Made by a program: the position numbers and the translations under genes. From contig NOWV01000083.1 of assembly GCA_003344405.1 (NCBI GenBank), positions 134,250 to 170,118 on the forward strand: a stretch of 35,869 bases of DNA, written 5' to 3'. This document shows, piece by piece, positions 34,776 through 35,869 of the stretch; position 1 is the first letter of the stretch; every line of letters begins with the position of its first letter. The notes under the pieces are model-generated. The model saw only the letters and a list, made by a program, of their open reading frames with translations, was not told where the DNA came from and made no database searches. This DNA is from Trichoplax sp. H2. Lineage: Eukaryota.

Positions 34776-35869
34776 TCAGATTCGTTTTCTCGTCTCCTTC
34801 GTTTTCTGTGCTTTGTAGTAACCATTTTTCGCCGATACGCTGTTCGCTTTGCACATCACGTAGAATCATCATCGCAACCTTCCAAGCCATTTCGTCTTCA
34901 CTCTGTAAAAACGAAGTGATTATTCGGTCTTAAATACTTGCAATTAGTAATTTTAAAACAGCAATGTCGAACGATTTCATATTAAAAATTTATAATCAGA
35001 TTGCAATATTATAACCTGTTGGTCTGGTGCTCGAGTAATCTTTTGCATCGCCCGTGTTAATCGTGAACCTAGCAAGAAATAAAGGCGTTAGCCGGCTATT
35101 GATGTAGATTAAAAAGTTTATTTCGAATAATTTAACATCCCCAACCAGGTTTCTTCTTTAGCCCAGGTTCAGGCTCAGCTTCAGTGACAAATCTACCATA
35201 CTCGTCAACATAACCAAAAGATAGAGGCCTCAAAGATAACAGTAGACTAACATTAGGACCAGAGAATAGCTAAAGGAAAGTAAATGATCAAAATATACTT
35301 GTGAAGCGTAGCTTCTGCTGCAGAAGGTTCAATTTTTGCAGAACCTTCCACTGCATTATTCTTATTCTCTACCAAGTTCGGCGCAACGTCAGATATATCA
35401 GCAACCCTACGTCCAATGGCTTGCAAACTAATTGCTTCCAGTTCCTCATCATCTTCGTCACTACCTTCCATTATAATCAATTTGACACCCGCTATGATAT
35501 CACTCATTCGTTGTGATGAATTAACCAATTCCGATAAGTACTTGAAATAAAGGCTACTATGCAAAAAGCTTGGTAAAAAAACCTTAAATAAAAGTGAAGA
35601 TAAAATACTAATAAGATGTAAATATTTAAAATATTAATAGTTACTTGATAATTCTGTAAATAAACTACATACCTCCTCAATCATGAAGTAAGTATATTTC
35701 TGAGGTGTTTTAAAACAATCTACTGTAGGCCCAGATTCCTGACAAATGTTATTTTCTATTTCAAAGCGTACAATATCATCAATGCCAAGAGATTTCGTAG
35801 CTTGCAAAGAAAAATATCTGAAGAAAAATAAAGATAATATTATGGCTTCTCTTTCGAAGTGTTTCAGAA
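34776..35869 (-). CDS. Unknown acidic protein, minus strand; 5' end lies beyond the window end
   Basis: Minus-strand exons. The first, >35869-35673: ...RYFSLQATKSLGIDDIVRFEIENNICQESGPTVDCFKTPQKYTYFMIEE|GT. The second, 35541-35299, is the track's 103-aa ORF: YLSELVNSSQRMSDIIAGVKLIIMEGSDEDDEELEAISLQAIGRRVADISDV...ATLHK. The third, 35229-35133: KPLSFGYVDEYGRFVTEAEPEPGLKKKPGWG, ending at TAA or at a weak donor. Two further phase-consistent candidate exons, about 35100-35044 and 34906-34776, give ...TRAMQKITRAPDQQ SEDEMAWKVAMMILRDVQSEQRIGEKWLLQSTENEGDEKTNLK*. I recognise no family. Confidence 0.45.

Noticed and set aside
1-35869. Prokaryotic-style annotation (operons, CRISPR array made of the GTAC repeats, rho-independent terminators)
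   Set aside because: Every conserved gene is interrupted by GT-AG introns, and the genes are metazoan-specific (Mondo, MYND, PCL Tudor). The repeats lack a spacer/repeat architecture and are not CRISPR.

Overview
This window is eukaryotic nuclear DNA from an AT-rich metazoan genome, roughly 33% GC, with many short spliceosomal introns of 60-400 nt. Prokaryote-style single-ORF calling does not apply; the ORF-track hits are either exons of spliced genes or artefacts. By hand-splicing across GT-AG boundaries and comparing translated exons to protein families I know, I can support the following genes. (1) A complete 14-exon major vault protein (MVP) gene on the plus strand, 2466-6282. (2) A complete 16-exon Mondo/ChREBP/MLXIP-family bHLH-Zip gene on the plus strand, 8093-13879, with the Mondo conserved regions, the bHLH basic region, the leucine zipper and the C-terminal DCD/WMC-like tail. 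(3) An SPT4 (DSIF small subunit) gene on the minus strand, about 17064-18546, whose first intron has a GC-AG donor. (4) A small lysine-rich gene on the plus strand, 18966-19919, that diverges head-to-head from SPT4 and resembles the L10K / UPF0390 (C19orf53) family. (5) A large plus-strand gene, 23679-28450 and probably continuing to 30183, combining a Polycomb-like-type Tudor domain, a PHD finger, a roughly 500-aa Q/N/S/P-rich disordered region, a K/D/S-rich exon and a C-terminal MYND zinc finger. (6) Two minus-strand genes of unknown function that run off the window edges at 21-141 and 34776-35869. The most striking non-genic signal is a dispersed family of strand-switching pentanucleotide microsatellites, (GTACA)n abutting (TGTAC)n. 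These form long GTAC-centred palindromes in at least 16 clusters, mostly within 1 kb 5' of start codons, including the whole SPT4/L10K bidirectional promoter. Most of the ORF-track 'proteins' with periodic YCTVQYSTV sequence are translations of these repeats, not genes. Other features are two perfect hairpin palindromes, a ~60-80 bp minisatellite, a CpG-containing tandem inverted-repeat cluster with CGTG half-sites, and a few GC-rich islands in otherwise AT-rich intergenic DNA. All protein-family calls come from my reading of the translations; none has been checked against a database.
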